This document shows positions 9,937 through 19,600 of a stretch of 64,000 nucleotides of DNA, piece after piece. Both the position numbers and the translations under genes were made by a program. Positions within the stretch are counted from its first letter, which is position 1. Every line of letters begins with the position of its first letter. The stretch comes from Thermoplasmatota archaeon (GTDB lineage: Archaea; Thermoplasmatota; E2; DHVEG-1). A model generated the notes under the pieces. The model did not search any database. It had not been told where the DNA came from and saw nothing but the letters and a program-made list of their open reading frames with translations. The stretch covers positions 261,722-325,721 of the forward strand of contig JAOZSQ010000001.1 in assembly GCA_029939595.1 (NCBI GenBank). Reading direction: 5' to 3'.

Positions 9937-10871
9937 TTAGTTTTAAACTGTTTTTAGAGAAGCGGTCCCATGCGGATCAGAACCCAAAGATATCGGTGGT
10001 TGACGCATTAGAGAAATATAAGGATGATCCTGATGTATATGTTCATTTTTCAAAAAGGGATACTATGTTGGAAATCAATCTAAAGGCAGAACAAGGGACA
10101 CCTTTAGGTATTTACGTATACCCATTAAAAGAGATTTTTGATGAATTTGTGAATATGGATAGAACTAATTTAAAGGAATTTGGTACTTCTAAACGATATG
10201 TTTGGGTGTTAAGATCAAAGAATAATAAAAAGTTTATAAAGGATCTTCATAAAGAGTATAAACAGAAAAATTTAAATAGAGATTTCAGGATATTAAAGAA
10301 GAAGTATGGTGATGAGCTTTTGAAAAAAGGAAGTAAGTTTGATATAGAAGAAGAAAAGAAAAATCTAAAAAAACATAATAGAGAAGCTGTTCCGCCTAAA
10401 TTGTTTTTTGCTTATATGTATACGATAACCAACACATTAAAAGGTGATAAATCATATCCTGCTTTGTGGAATAAAATGTTAGTAAAGGATTTGGGTTATA
10501 CTGGAATTGTGGATAAATCTGGAAAGGGTTATATTCATGAGTTTGAGAAATTGCAAGGAGTGTTTTTGACAACTAATGCTTATACTGTTTTAGATGTGGT
10601 AGAAAATAAATCATATGAGACTAGAGAAATAAAAACATTTGATGATTTGGTAAAAAATAGTGCTAATATTTCTACACCTAGATTGATAAAGAGTGCGGGT
10701 GAGAATAATGATGATTATTTTTGGGTTAATGGTTCTGAACATATTCGTGGTGAGTTGGGTTCGGGTATTTCATCTTTTAAAATTAAAAGGAAAATATTGG
10801 GCGATTTGAATACTTTAAGTGATAGGATACGTAGTAGAAGTATTGAATTAAGAAATAAAGGTAAAAAATGA
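9933..10871 (+). CDS. CTS-tagged cargo protein, 'KISVVDALEKY' family, member 1
   Basis: Real start at the ATG (MISFKLFLEKRSHADQNPKISVVDALEKYKDDPD), overlapping the terL stop as ATGA. Family motifs GIYVYPLKEI, YVWVLRSKN..FIKDLHK, WNKMLVKDLGYTGIVDKSGKGYIHE. Confidence 0.7.
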   Translation: MISFKLFLEKRSHADQNPKISVVDALEKYKDDPDVYVHFSKRDTMLEINLKAEQGTPLGIYVYPLKEIFDEFVNMDRTNLKEFGTSKRYVWVLRSKNNKKFIKDLHKEYKQKNLNRDFRILKKKYGDELLKKGSKFDIEEEKKNLKKHNREAVPPKLFFAYMYTITNTLKGDKSYPALWNKMLVKDLGYTGIVDKSGKGYIHEFEKLQGVFLTTNAYTVLDVVENKSYETREIKTFDDLVKNSANISTPRLIKSAGENNDDYFWVNGSEHIRGELGSGISSFKIKRKILGDLNTLSDRIRSRSIELRNKGKK

Positions 10872-12070
10872 TTAGTTTCAGATTATTTTTAGAGAAGCGG
10901 TCCCATGCGGATCAGAACCCGAAGATATCGGTGGTAGATGCGTTGGAGAAGTACAAAGACGATCCTGATATTTATTTGCGTTTTTTTAATGGGGATAAAC
11001 TTGAGAGAAATCCCATGAGTGTTGATGCAACTCCTTATGGAATTTATGTTTTTGCCATTGATAAAATTTGGGATATATTTTTAAATAATAAATTGCGGTA
11101 TTTTACTTTAGATAAAGTAGCAGTTTTGCGTTCAAAAAATAAAGATAAATTTATAAAAGATCTTCATATAGAGTATCAACGAAAAGATTTAAATAGAGAT
11201 TTCAGTATAATAAAGAAGAAGTATGGTGATGAATTTTTGAAAAAAGGAACTAGTTTTGATGAAATTGTGGACGATGCAAAATTACCATCAGTTAAATATT
11301 CTCAAAAAGGAAAAAAAGCACCAGGAATATTTTTTAGAGTGATGTTTGCAATAAGTAATGTATTATCTAAAGATAATTATACAGGTATTTGGAATAAAAT
11401 ATTAGTAAATGATTTGGGTTATAGAGGAATGGTTGATAGATCTAATAAAGGATATATTTTCAGTGAACCATTTCAGGGCGTATTTTTGACAAATGATGGA
11501 TATGATGTTGTTGAGATATTGGAGAATAAAAGATATACTATTACTTTAATAGAAAAATGGGATGATTTAGAAAAATTGAATGAAGATCAAATATTGGAAA
11601 TAATAGGATCTATAAAAAGTTATTATGATTATGTTTGGTTAGGGTTTCATCCAGGCACAACAATAGGAATATATAAAGTATCAACAAATATTTTTAAAAT
11701 AAATCCACAAAAAACAGAAAAATTTTTGCTTAATTTTTTTTATTTTTCAAAGATGGTTGATATTTTGTTTAAAAAGGATAAATTTGAATGTATGAATGTA
11801 ACAAATAATTTTTGGGCGAGGCTTCTGGATGCAATATTTGCTAGAAAGGGTGGACATTACAGTGCTTTGGATTATGATATAAAAAGACATTTGGATTCTA
11901 AGAGGTTTAATATATTATTTGCATATAAACCAGATTTAAATAAAACAACTAAAAAAATAATGAAATTTATGTTTGGAGATAATGTAAAGAAGTATAGTCG
12001 TTTTGTTAAAAAAGAAATAGAAAATAGACTTACAAAGGGCGATTATTATAGTGAATATGGTAAAAAATGA
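10868..12070 (+). CDS. CTS-tagged cargo protein, family member 2
   Basis: MISFRLFLEKRSHADQNPKISVVDALEKYKDDPD. The 5-prime ~50 nt are near-identical to the other family members. Confidence 0.7.
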   Translation: MISFRLFLEKRSHADQNPKISVVDALEKYKDDPDIYLRFFNGDKLERNPMSVDATPYGIYVFAIDKIWDIFLNNKLRYFTLDKVAVLRSKNKDKFIKDLHIEYQRKDLNRDFSIIKKKYGDEFLKKGTSFDEIVDDAKLPSVKYSQKGKKAPGIFFRVMFAISNVLSKDNYTGIWNKILVNDLGYRGMVDRSNKGYIFSEPFQGVFLTNDGYDVVEILENKRYTITLIEKWDDLEKLNEDQILEIIGSIKSYYDYVWLGFHPGTTIGIYKVSTNIFKINPQKTEKFLLNFFYFSKMVDILFKKDKFECMNVTNNFWARLLDAIFARKGGHYSALDYDIKRHLDSKRFNILFAYKPDLNKTTKKIMKFMFGDNVKKYSRFVKKEIENRLTKGDYYSEYGKK

Positions 12071-12960
12071 TTAGTTTCAGATTATTTTTAGAGAAGCGGT
12101 CCCATGCGGATCAGAACCCAAAGATATCGGTGGTAGATGCGTTGGATAAGTATAAGGATGATCCTGATGTATATGTTCATTTTTCAGAGATAGAGAAATT
12201 AGGTATGAATCCACAAGTTTCAAATCAGGAATCGCCTTTAGGTGTTTATGTGTACCCATTAAAAGAGATTTGGGATGAATTTGTAGAGAATGATAAAACT
12301 CGTTTAGGTTCTTTTATTGGACGTTTTTATGTTTGGGTTTTGAGATCAAAAAATAAGAGTAAATTTATAAAGGATCTACACAAAAATTATAAGCGAAAGG
12401 ATTTAGATAGAGACATGCTTATTATAAAAAGAAAGTATGGAAAGCAACTTGTGGATAAAGGAACAAGTTTTGATGAAGTTATAAAAAAACAAAGGGATTT
12501 CTATTTGAAGAAACGAATAGCTCCTTCCAAACTTTTTTTTATTTATATGCATGGAATATGTAAAAAATTGAAACCTGATAATCAAGAAAGTATTTGGAAT
12601 AAAATGTTAGTAAAGGATTTGGGTTATACTGGAATTGTGGATAGATCTGGTAAAAGTTATATTCATCGTGCTGAGAAGATACAAGGAGTATTTTTAACTA
12701 ATGATTCTTATGATGTTATAACAATGTTAGAAAATAAAAGATATGAAGTTAAAAAAGTAACCACATTCAAAGATTTAGAATATGCGTTGGATAATGATTA
12801 TATTTTTGTTAAGAATATATTGGATGCGTTAAAAAAAAGAAAAAACAATAATGAATATGTTTGGGTTCGTGCTGAAAAAGATAAATTTTCATCTTATAAA
12901 ATTTCAAAGAAATTATTGAATAAAAAATTAGAATGGTTGGAGGATTATGATTGGGTTTAA
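12067..12960 (+). CDS. CTS-tagged cargo protein, family member 3
   Basis: The same N-terminal 30 aa and family motifs. Confidence 0.7.
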   Translation: MISFRLFLEKRSHADQNPKISVVDALDKYKDDPDVYVHFSEIEKLGMNPQVSNQESPLGVYVYPLKEIWDEFVENDKTRLGSFIGRFYVWVLRSKNKSKFIKDLHKNYKRKDLDRDMLIIKRKYGKQLVDKGTSFDEVIKKQRDFYLKKRIAPSKLFFIYMHGICKKLKPDNQESIWNKMLVKDLGYTGIVDRSGKSYIHRAEKIQGVFLTNDSYDVITMLENKRYEVKKVTTFKDLEYALDNDYIFVKNILDALKKRKNNNEYVWVRAEKDKFSSYKISKKLLNKKLEWLEDYDWV

Positions 12961-14110
12961 ATTATTTTTAGAGAAGCGGTCCCATGCGGATCAGAACCCA
13001 AAGATATCGGTGGTTGAGGCATTAGAACCGTTTAAAAATAATCCTGATATTTATATCCACTATTCTAAGATCCCAAAAATAGGGATAAATCCCAAGGCAC
13101 CATCTAGTAATGATACTCCTAATGGAATTTATTGTTATCCGGTAAGAGAGTGTTGGGATATGATAGAAAATAACAAATTGGAATATGCGGGTGATTTTCC
13201 CTATGTATGGGTGTTAAAATCAAAGAATAGGAACTTCATTAAGGATTTGCATAAGGATTATAAGGAATCGGATTTGAAGAGGGATAAACGTACATTAATG
13301 ATGAGATATGGCGATGTGGTAGAAAGAAGATTTGCGTCTTGGTATCCAAGAACAACTATGGATAAAATTATTTGGAGAAAAGCTGGTGGTCCGCATCCGG
13401 CTAGAATTCTTTTTAGAACAACCGAATTGTTTGCAAAATTGATTAGTAATTCTGATACCAAATACCAACATTTATGGAATGCGTTGTTGAGAAAGGATTT
13501 AGATTATTCTGGTTTTGCTGATAAATCGGGTGAGGGTCATATTCATGAAGGTGAGAAAATACAAGCAGTATTTTTAGATACAAAAGCATATACCATAGTG
13601 GATATGTTAGAAAACAAAACATATGAAACGATAGTTCCAAAGTCGTTTGATGAATTGCAAGAGTTTATTGATGAAGGTGAACTTAATTTGAGAGATGTTT
13701 TAATAGGTTTATTACATCCTGATAAAACAGGCAGGGTTAGAATTGACAATGATTATTATGCTGCTTCTGAGGATGAGATAAAGATATATTCTATTCCAGT
13801 TAGAATGTTCCAACGTAACCCGAAGGATGTTGCTAAGTTTTTAGTAGCAAATTGGGATGAGGATAATGTGTTGTTGCCTTTATTTGGTGATAATATGATT
13901 ATTAACAAGATTAATGTTGGTGACGATTTCTATATGGATATGGTTAAAGAGAGATTTTCAACTCAAACATTGAGAGATTGGAAAAAGATATATGACAAGA
14001 ATACAACCAGAGAGGTGGCAGAGAAGATATTGGATGCTGTGTTCAAGAGCCATTGGAAGAAGGTAGATGGGCTGGTTGATAGGGTTGTTAAGTTGTTGGA
14101 GGAAGTATGA
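12947..14110 (+). CDS. CTS-tagged cargo protein, family member 4
   Basis: MIGFKLFLEKRSHADQNPKISVVEALEPFKNNPD, with the family motifs. Confidence 0.7.
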   Translation: MIGFKLFLEKRSHADQNPKISVVEALEPFKNNPDIYIHYSKIPKIGINPKAPSSNDTPNGIYCYPVRECWDMIENNKLEYAGDFPYVWVLKSKNRNFIKDLHKDYKESDLKRDKRTLMMRYGDVVERRFASWYPRTTMDKIIWRKAGGPHPARILFRTTELFAKLISNSDTKYQHLWNALLRKDLDYSGFADKSGEGHIHEGEKIQAVFLDTKAYTIVDMLENKTYETIVPKSFDELQEFIDEGELNLRDVLIGLLHPDKTGRVRIDNDYYAASEDEIKIYSIPVRMFQRNPKDVAKFLVANWDEDNVLLPLFGDNMIINKINVGDDFYMDMVKERFSTQTLRDWKKIYDKNTTREVAEKILDAVFKSHWKKVDGLVDRVVKLLEEV

Positions 14111-15258
14111 TTAAATTGCGTGATATATTAAAAAGACGAGATAAGGAATTTCCTTCATTTACTGTTGTTGAAGGTTTGAAGGAATATAAGGATCAAGGGG
14201 ATGTGTATATACATTTTGGAAAGGTAAGAAGACTAAAGTTAAATCCGATGGTTTATGAAGAGCAAGGTTCTCCTGTTGGTATATATTTTTATGTTATTAA
14301 AGAATATTGGAAATCTATAGAAGGTGGACAAATTGATTATGCCCAAGACAGACCATATGCCTTTGTTTTGAAACCAAAAAATAAAAGAGGTCTTGTTTCG
14401 GATACTGCAACATATTCAAATAAAAAATTGGTTGCTGATACTAAAAAACTAGAAAAAAAATATGGTAAAAGGTTATTAAAAATATATTTGGATAAGAAAT
14501 CATCTTTACAGACGATTGAAGATCTTTTTGAAAATTACAGATATTATTATGGTGAAGAATCTTTTAAATGTTCAAGGAAACCTATTGCAGAACTGTTTCG
14601 CATAACAAGTGGTATAGCCAGAGATTTATATCGCCCATCTGGTACGAAACATCTTTTTGGTTGGAATGAAGTATTAAATAGTTTAGGTTATAATGGGTTT
14701 GTTGATAAGTCTGGTTTGGGTTGTATTCATAAGTTTGAAATGCATCAGGGATATTTTATTAATGAGAATGTTTATGATACTATTAAAACTTTTAAGATTG
14801 TACCAGGAGAGTATATTAATGTTAAAAATTTGGAACAATTAGAGCCGTATCTTGCCTCTGGTAAGCTTGATTTAAATGACATACTTAATCAAATGGCATT
14901 TTTTGGAGAAGAAAATTATGTAAGAGTTGATACCAGAATGTACGGAGAGACCCGAATATCTTTTATGATTAATAAAAAAGTGTTTAAAAATAATAGAAAC
15001 AATAAAGTTGACTATTTTTTAAATAAATTTTGGCATTTGTCTAGCAATGAAATGGTTAGAGTTATTGATGATTTTAATGTTGGTAATGAATTTTGGAAAA
15101 AAGTAATTCCAAGAGAATGTAATTGGTTATTTAAAAAACGAGAAAATTTTAGTAAAGAAGAATTTGTTGAAAAATGTTTTGAGGATTTTTTTGGGGATGA
15201 GAAATATAGAAAAAAATATTTCAAACAAGTAAAGAAGGTTATTGAGGAAATACCATGA
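14107..15258 (+). CDS. family member 5 (divergent N-terminus, CTS degenerate)
   Basis: MIKLRDILKRRDKEFPSFTVVEGLKEYKDQGDVYIHF. Retains the family core (VGIYFYVIKE, GYNGFVDKSGLGCIHKFE) but lacks the FL-x-E CTS. Confidence 0.65.
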   Translation: MIKLRDILKRRDKEFPSFTVVEGLKEYKDQGDVYIHFGKVRRLKLNPMVYEEQGSPVGIYFYVIKEYWKSIEGGQIDYAQDRPYAFVLKPKNKRGLVSDTATYSNKKLVADTKKLEKKYGKRLLKIYLDKKSSLQTIEDLFENYRYYYGEESFKCSRKPIAELFRITSGIARDLYRPSGTKHLFGWNEVLNSLGYNGFVDKSGLGCIHKFEMHQGYFINENVYDTIKTFKIVPGEYINVKNLEQLEPYLASGKLDLNDILNQMAFFGEENYVRVDTRMYGETRISFMINKKVFKNNRNNKVDYFLNKFWHLSSNEMVRVIDDFNVGNEFWKKVIPRECNWLFKKRENFSKEEFVEKCFEDFFGDEKYRKKYFKQVKKVIEEIP

Positions 15259-16337
15259 TTAAATTCAAAGATTATTTAGAGGAACTTAATGAGGTATTTA
15301 TAGTAGGCAAGAAACGCCCCAATGATGGGGATAAAGTTATTGCTTATAATAAGTGGATTTGGGTGTTTGATGAGGATACTTGGGAAGAGGTTGCCAATGA
15401 TATTGAAGGTAAGTTAAAACTTAAAATAGATTCAACTGATTATTGGGATTTTACTCAGCATTTTGAGGAGTCAATTACAAATTCGGTAACTGGTGAAATT
15501 GAAGATGGTTGGTTAAGAGTAAATACTATGAATTGGCGACATAGCACCGCTTCAGCGACTTTATATAAAGTGTTAAAAGCATTAAGGTTAAGAGGGGCTT
15601 CTGTAGTTAGTTATGATGGTATGGGAGATATTGAAATCATAAAGGATCAGGATAGAGACGAATATTTAACACCAATGAAGAAGAAAATATTTTATCATGG
15701 AACATCTATGGATGCTTTTCCAAGAATGTTTAAAATGGGATTGATGGCTGGAAAAAGTAAAACTAATTATAAAGATATCACTCACGAGGATAAAGTATTT
15801 ATTACTCTTAATATGGAGAAAGCCAATTATCATGCTTTTACAGCAGCAGAACAAAAAAATAGTTTACCTATTATAATTTCTTTGAAAGTACCGGATGTTA
15901 ACCAATTGGTATTGGATTATGATGTAGCTATTGATATGTATGGAATGGATCATGAGGAAACCATTAATTTGGGATATAGTGATATACATAATTATGCTAC
16001 AAGAGGTAATATGTATGGTGCATTTGCAAGAAATAAAGAAGTTCAAGAATTATTAAAACAAACACCAGAAGATTTGAATACTAAATTGGGTGTGTTTGGT
16101 TATATTGGTCGGATTCCTGCTAGTTTTTTTGATGGTGTTTTTGTGGATGAGAATTGGTTATGCCAATATGTTAGGAGCAGAGAATATGGAGATTGGGATT
16201 GGGGTGAGAATCAGCAACATATGGAAAAGGATTTTACCCGATGGGATGAATTTACAGTCAAAAATTTTATTGATTCTTATGATGAATGTGAAGAAGAAAT
16301 GAATGCCGAGATGGAAGAGGAAGATGAAGATTATTAA
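15255..16337 (+). CDS. CTS-tagged cargo protein with HGT motif (possible ADP-ribosyltransferase-like fold)
   Basis: MIKFKDYLEELNE, and KKIFYHGTSMDAFPRMFKMGL, which resembles the NAD-binding H-G-T/S motif of Tpt1/H-Y-E ART folds. Acidic C-terminus. Confidence 0.6.
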   Translation: MIKFKDYLEELNEVFIVGKKRPNDGDKVIAYNKWIWVFDEDTWEEVANDIEGKLKLKIDSTDYWDFTQHFEESITNSVTGEIEDGWLRVNTMNWRHSTASATLYKVLKALRLRGASVVSYDGMGDIEIIKDQDRDEYLTPMKKKIFYHGTSMDAFPRMFKMGLMAGKSKTNYKDITHEDKVFITLNMEKANYHAFTAAEQKNSLPIIISLKVPDVNQLVLDYDVAIDMYGMDHEETINLGYSDIHNYATRGNMYGAFARNKEVQELLKQTPEDLNTKLGVFGYIGRIPASFFDGVFVDENWLCQYVRSREYGDWDWGENQQHMEKDFTRWDEFTVKNFIDSYDECEEEMNAEMEEEDEDY

Positions 16338-16352
16338 TAAATATAGGTAAAT

Positions 16353-16946
16353 ATGAACTTTAAAAAATTCTTGATAGAAAAAAAACGAAATATTAATATG
16401 GTTGTTGTGGATATCCAGCCGGAGTATAGTAGTTCTATTCATTTTTTACCAGAATTCATTGATTTTTTAAATGAAAATGATTTTGCCAAAGTGCTTTACT
16501 TGTATAATGGCGAAGATTTGGGTATGTCCAGTGAATCCGATTTGATAAGTTGGTTACTTGATAATGGGTTGGATGAAGATAAAATAGATGATTTTGATTT
16601 TTTTGAAAAAAATTATGCTTTCTTTAGAGATCTGATGGACCAAGGAATGGGTGAAGATGATATTGTGGAAATTGGTCAATTTGTTATGAAAAAACGAAAG
16701 CATGATTGGAGAGATTTGAATGGAGAGGAATGGGAAGAATTAGATTCTATTGTGTCGGATATATCGGATGATTCTAATCGTGGTGAGAACATGATGTTTT
16801 ATTTACCAGAAGTAGTTGATGAAATCAAACCTTTGCGATTGCCCTTATTAGCCGGTGGCGGAAGGAATGAGTGTTTAAGAGAGGTTGAATTAGTTTTTCA
16901 AATGTTAAATAAGAGGTATAGACTTCATAGGAAGTTTGTTTATTAG
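16353..16946 (+). CDS. CTS-tagged acidic cargo protein
   Basis: MNFKKFLIEKKRN. Asp/Glu-rich. The only TATAAATA-like sequence upstream is imperfect. Confidence 0.6.
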   Translation: MNFKKFLIEKKRNINMVVVDIQPEYSSSIHFLPEFIDFLNENDFAKVLYLYNGEDLGMSSESDLISWLLDNGLDEDKIDDFDFFEKNYAFFRDLMDQGMGEDDIVEIGQFVMKKRKHDWRDLNGEEWEELDSIVSDISDDSNRGENMMFYLPEVVDEIKPLRLPLLAGGGRNECLREVELVFQMLNKRYRLHRKFVY

Positions 16947-16947
16947 T

Positions 16948-17442
16948 ATGAGATACAAACAATTTTTAACAGAGTGGAAACAGGTTGGAACCATTTACCA
17001 TTTTACAACTTTTGATAGTACCATACAAATATTGAAAATGGGGTATTTGAGAAATGCTCCAATGAGAAATTATGTTTCTTTTACACGTAATTGTAATATG
17101 AAATATGGTGCTGGAACTGATCAAGTTTGGGGTTCTGCTCGGTTAGTTTTTGATGGGAATAAATTATCTGAAAAATATAGTATTGAACCATTTTGTGATG
17201 TTCATAATGAGATTAATAGGCGAGATGATGAGTGCGAAGAACGGATTTTGATGCGACCTCTCATGGCGGTATCCAAGCGGGATAGAAAGCAACCGGATGA
17301 AATAAAAATAAAGGGAAGTTTGAAACATGTGAATATATTTAAAGGGGCAACTTATATGGGTGCTCATGGAAAGCTAGTAGATGCTTTGGAAAAACATAAA
17401 ATCCCATACAGCATAGTAGATAAATTTAGGCCATACAAATGA
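16948..17442 (+). CDS. CTS-tagged cargo protein (YHFT...SFTRN family)
   Basis: Met at 16948 (MRYKQFLTEWKQVGTIYHFTT). Paralog of the 17439 gene (LVFDGNKLS.KY..EPFCD, ECEERI). Confidence 0.65.
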   Translation: MRYKQFLTEWKQVGTIYHFTTFDSTIQILKMGYLRNAPMRNYVSFTRNCNMKYGAGTDQVWGSARLVFDGNKLSEKYSIEPFCDVHNEINRRDDECEERILMRPLMAVSKRDRKQPDEIKIKGSLKHVNIFKGATYMGAHGKLVDALEKHKIPYSIVDKFRPYK

Positions 17443-17927
17443 GATTCAAGCAATTTTTACAAGAAGGCAAACAAGTTGGTATTTTATATCATTTCACCAG
17501 TTGTAGAAATGGTAGAGGGATACTAAAAAAAGGTTATTTGGAAAGTGGAACCGAAGGTGACTATTTTTCCTTTACTCGGAACTTTGATTTGAGGTTTGTG
17601 AGTAACGAACCTTGGGGTGGAGCTAGGTTGGTGTTTGATGGAAATAAACTTTCAAATAAATATAAAGTGGAACCGTTTTGTGATTTAAAAGGTGGTGTTA
17701 ACCGACAGGCTAATGAGTGTGAAGAACGAATAATGATGCAACCCTGGAAAGCGATTACAAAGGAGCATAAAAGATTACCTAAAACGATACCTATAAAGGC
17801 ATATTTACTTCATGTTGATATCTTAGATGATATCACTTATGCAGCTTCTATAATGAGCTTTCAAGAGATATTGGAAGATAAAGGAATTGATTATAATATA
17901 GTTAGAGAATATAAGCCGTACCGATGA
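17439..17927 (+). CDS. CTS-tagged cargo protein, paralog of 16948 gene
   Basis: MRFKQFLQEGKQVGILYHFTS...SFTRN...ARLVFDGNKLSNKYKVEPFCD. Confidence 0.65.
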   Translation: MRFKQFLQEGKQVGILYHFTSCRNGRGILKKGYLESGTEGDYFSFTRNFDLRFVSNEPWGGARLVFDGNKLSNKYKVEPFCDLKGGVNRQANECEERIMMQPWKAITKEHKRLPKTIPIKAYLLHVDILDDITYAASIMSFQEILEDKGIDYNIVREYKPYR

Positions 17928-17990
17928 AAATTTACTTATCAGTATTATTATAGAAGGATAATTGAACCATGAATGAACTAAAAAGGATTT

Positions 17991-18455
17991 ATGAAACAAG
18001 TAGAAATAGAGGTGTACAGAACGCTGGAGGATGAGGTTCATGTTTGGCTCCCTTTGACGTGTTTAGATAAGACTTTGAAAGAAATAAAAGTTACTACTAA
18101 ATGCAAGCCAGGATGTTTTATGTGTTGTTATGGCTTTGAATTGGTGCAAGTAGAGCCTCACGAATACATGAATTTGTTGATGCATAGATGCGAAAGGATG
18201 TTCTATGAAAAGACTGCAAAGGAGTTCCGATTCAATATTTGGGGTGGTTGTCAGTTTTTAGATCAGGAATATAAATGTAAAATATATCATGGTCCGAGAC
18301 CTCAAAAATGTAAAGATTATTTTTGTTTTGCAGTTGATGATGATGGGTTTCCCTATGTACAGGATGATTATGTATTTAAAGATTGTATAAAGGAGGGAAA
18401 TCGTTTAAGAGTTGAATTTAAGAAAGGGAAAGAGGATGATCCAAGTAAATTATGA
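17991..18455 (+). CDS. YkgJ/UPF0153-like CxxCxxCC putative metal-chelating protein
   Basis: CKPGCFMCC motif plus downstream Cys pairs. No CTS. Confidence 0.45.
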   Translation: MKQVEIEVYRTLEDEVHVWLPLTCLDKTLKEIKVTTKCKPGCFMCCYGFELVQVEPHEYMNLLMHRCERMFYEKTAKEFRFNIWGGCQFLDQEYKCKIYHGPRPQKCKDYFCFAVDDDGFPYVQDDYVFKDCIKEGNRLRVEFKKGKEDDPSKL

Positions 18456-18876
18456 AATAGATTTGGCTCGTACAGCCGATGGAAGAATGTTATTATGGAT
18501 TCCTAGCGAGTCGTTAAAACATGAACCAAGGGAAATCCATTTTTCTATTAAATGTAAAAAAGGATGTAATTATTGTTGCAGTAAATATAAAGCTGTTCCA
18601 ATTACTGAAGAAGAGTATGATGATTTGATGTTAAAGGGGGCACAAGGATTATATTATAATGATGTTGATAATTGCCTTTCTTTAAAAACGGAAGGTGGCT
18701 GTGAATATCTAAATGATAAAGGTTTATGTGATATATACGATTCTTGCAGACCAGGAGAATGCAAACGCTATGTTTGTTATACAGAAGGCAGGATAAAGTT
18801 GCCAGATGTTCAGAAGTTTTATCAATATAAGGAAATGTTTAAAGATATTAAACCTCAAATGATTAAATATATGTAG
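18412..18876 (+). CDS. YkgJ/UPF0153-like CxxCxxCC protein, tandem paralog
   Basis: CKKGCNYCC. The Cys spacing and WIPSESLK / VWLPLTCL N-termini parallel the 17991 gene. Confidence 0.45.
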   Translation: MNLRKGKRMIQVNYEIDLARTADGRMLLWIPSESLKHEPREIHFSIKCKKGCNYCCSKYKAVPITEEEYDDLMLKGAQGLYYNDVDNCLSLKTEGGCEYLNDKGLCDIYDSCRPGECKRYVCYTEGRIKLPDVQKFYQYKEMFKDIKPQMIKYM

Positions 18877-18884
18877 GAGAAAAT

Positions 18885-19157
18885 ATGAAGATAAAAGAGA
18901 TGTTTGAAAATATGTTAATTGAAGTAAGTATACCAGAGCGTCTTTTAAGGCAATTTAAGAAAAGAGCCGAAGAGGAAAAGGCTAAAGGAAATACTATTGA
19001 AGTTAATAAAAACGCACCAAAAATTGTTATAAAAAACGCTAAAGGTGAAGTTCGTTTTACAAAACAAGGAAAGGAAGCGCAATCGTGGATAAGTGAAGCA
19101 CCAGATGAAGGTATGAGTTTGGAAGATTTCTTATTAGCTAAATCTCAAGATTGGTAG
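18885..19157 (+). CDS. small Lys-rich hypothetical protein
   Basis: ORF with a GGAGAAAATATG ribosome-binding site. Its MKIKEMFENMLIE start is only weakly CTS-like. Confidence 0.5.
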   Translation: MKIKEMFENMLIEVSIPERLLRQFKKRAEEEKAKGNTIEVNKNAPKIVIKNAKGEVRFTKQGKEAQSWISEAPDEGMSLEDFLLAKSQDW

Positions 19158-19165
19158 GAGTAAAA

Positions 19166-19600
19166 ATGGAACCAAAAAAGTTTTTTGAAAAATTGTTAGA
19201 ACATCATGTTGAAATCTCTGATAAAGATCAACAAGTCCAGAATTTTTTTGATGAATTTGCTAAAATTAAGGGTGGTCTTATAGAAGATGAACTTAGTGAA
19301 ACTATATCAAAGGATACTATTAAAGAAATTAAAAAATTTATTGAAGATAAGATCAAAATTAAAGGTGTTATTAAAAAAGAAGATATCCAGAGGTTCATTA
19401 ATGCTCATTCTGATAGGAAAGGAAAGGGTAGTGATGCCATATTAATTGATAAGATACGTGCGGATCACAACGGGAATATCATATTTAAGGGTTTTGGTAT
19501 GGTTGGAGATCATTATGAAATGGTGTTGGTAAGAGAAGATGTGAAGCACCTTTGGAAGTTTTTATTATCATTAAAAAAGGAGATAAAAATAGCGGCATGA
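19166..19600 (+). CDS. hypothetical protein (degenerate CTS-like N-terminus)
   Basis: The Met at 19166 has a TAGGAG site (MEPKKFFEKLLEH). Confidence 0.5.
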   Translation: MEPKKFFEKLLEHHVEISDKDQQVQNFFDEFAKIKGGLIEDELSETISKDTIKEIKKFIEDKIKIKGVIKKEDIQRFINAHSDRKGKGSDAILIDKIRADHNGNIIFKGFGMVGDHYEMVLVREDVKHLWKFLLSLKKEIKIAA

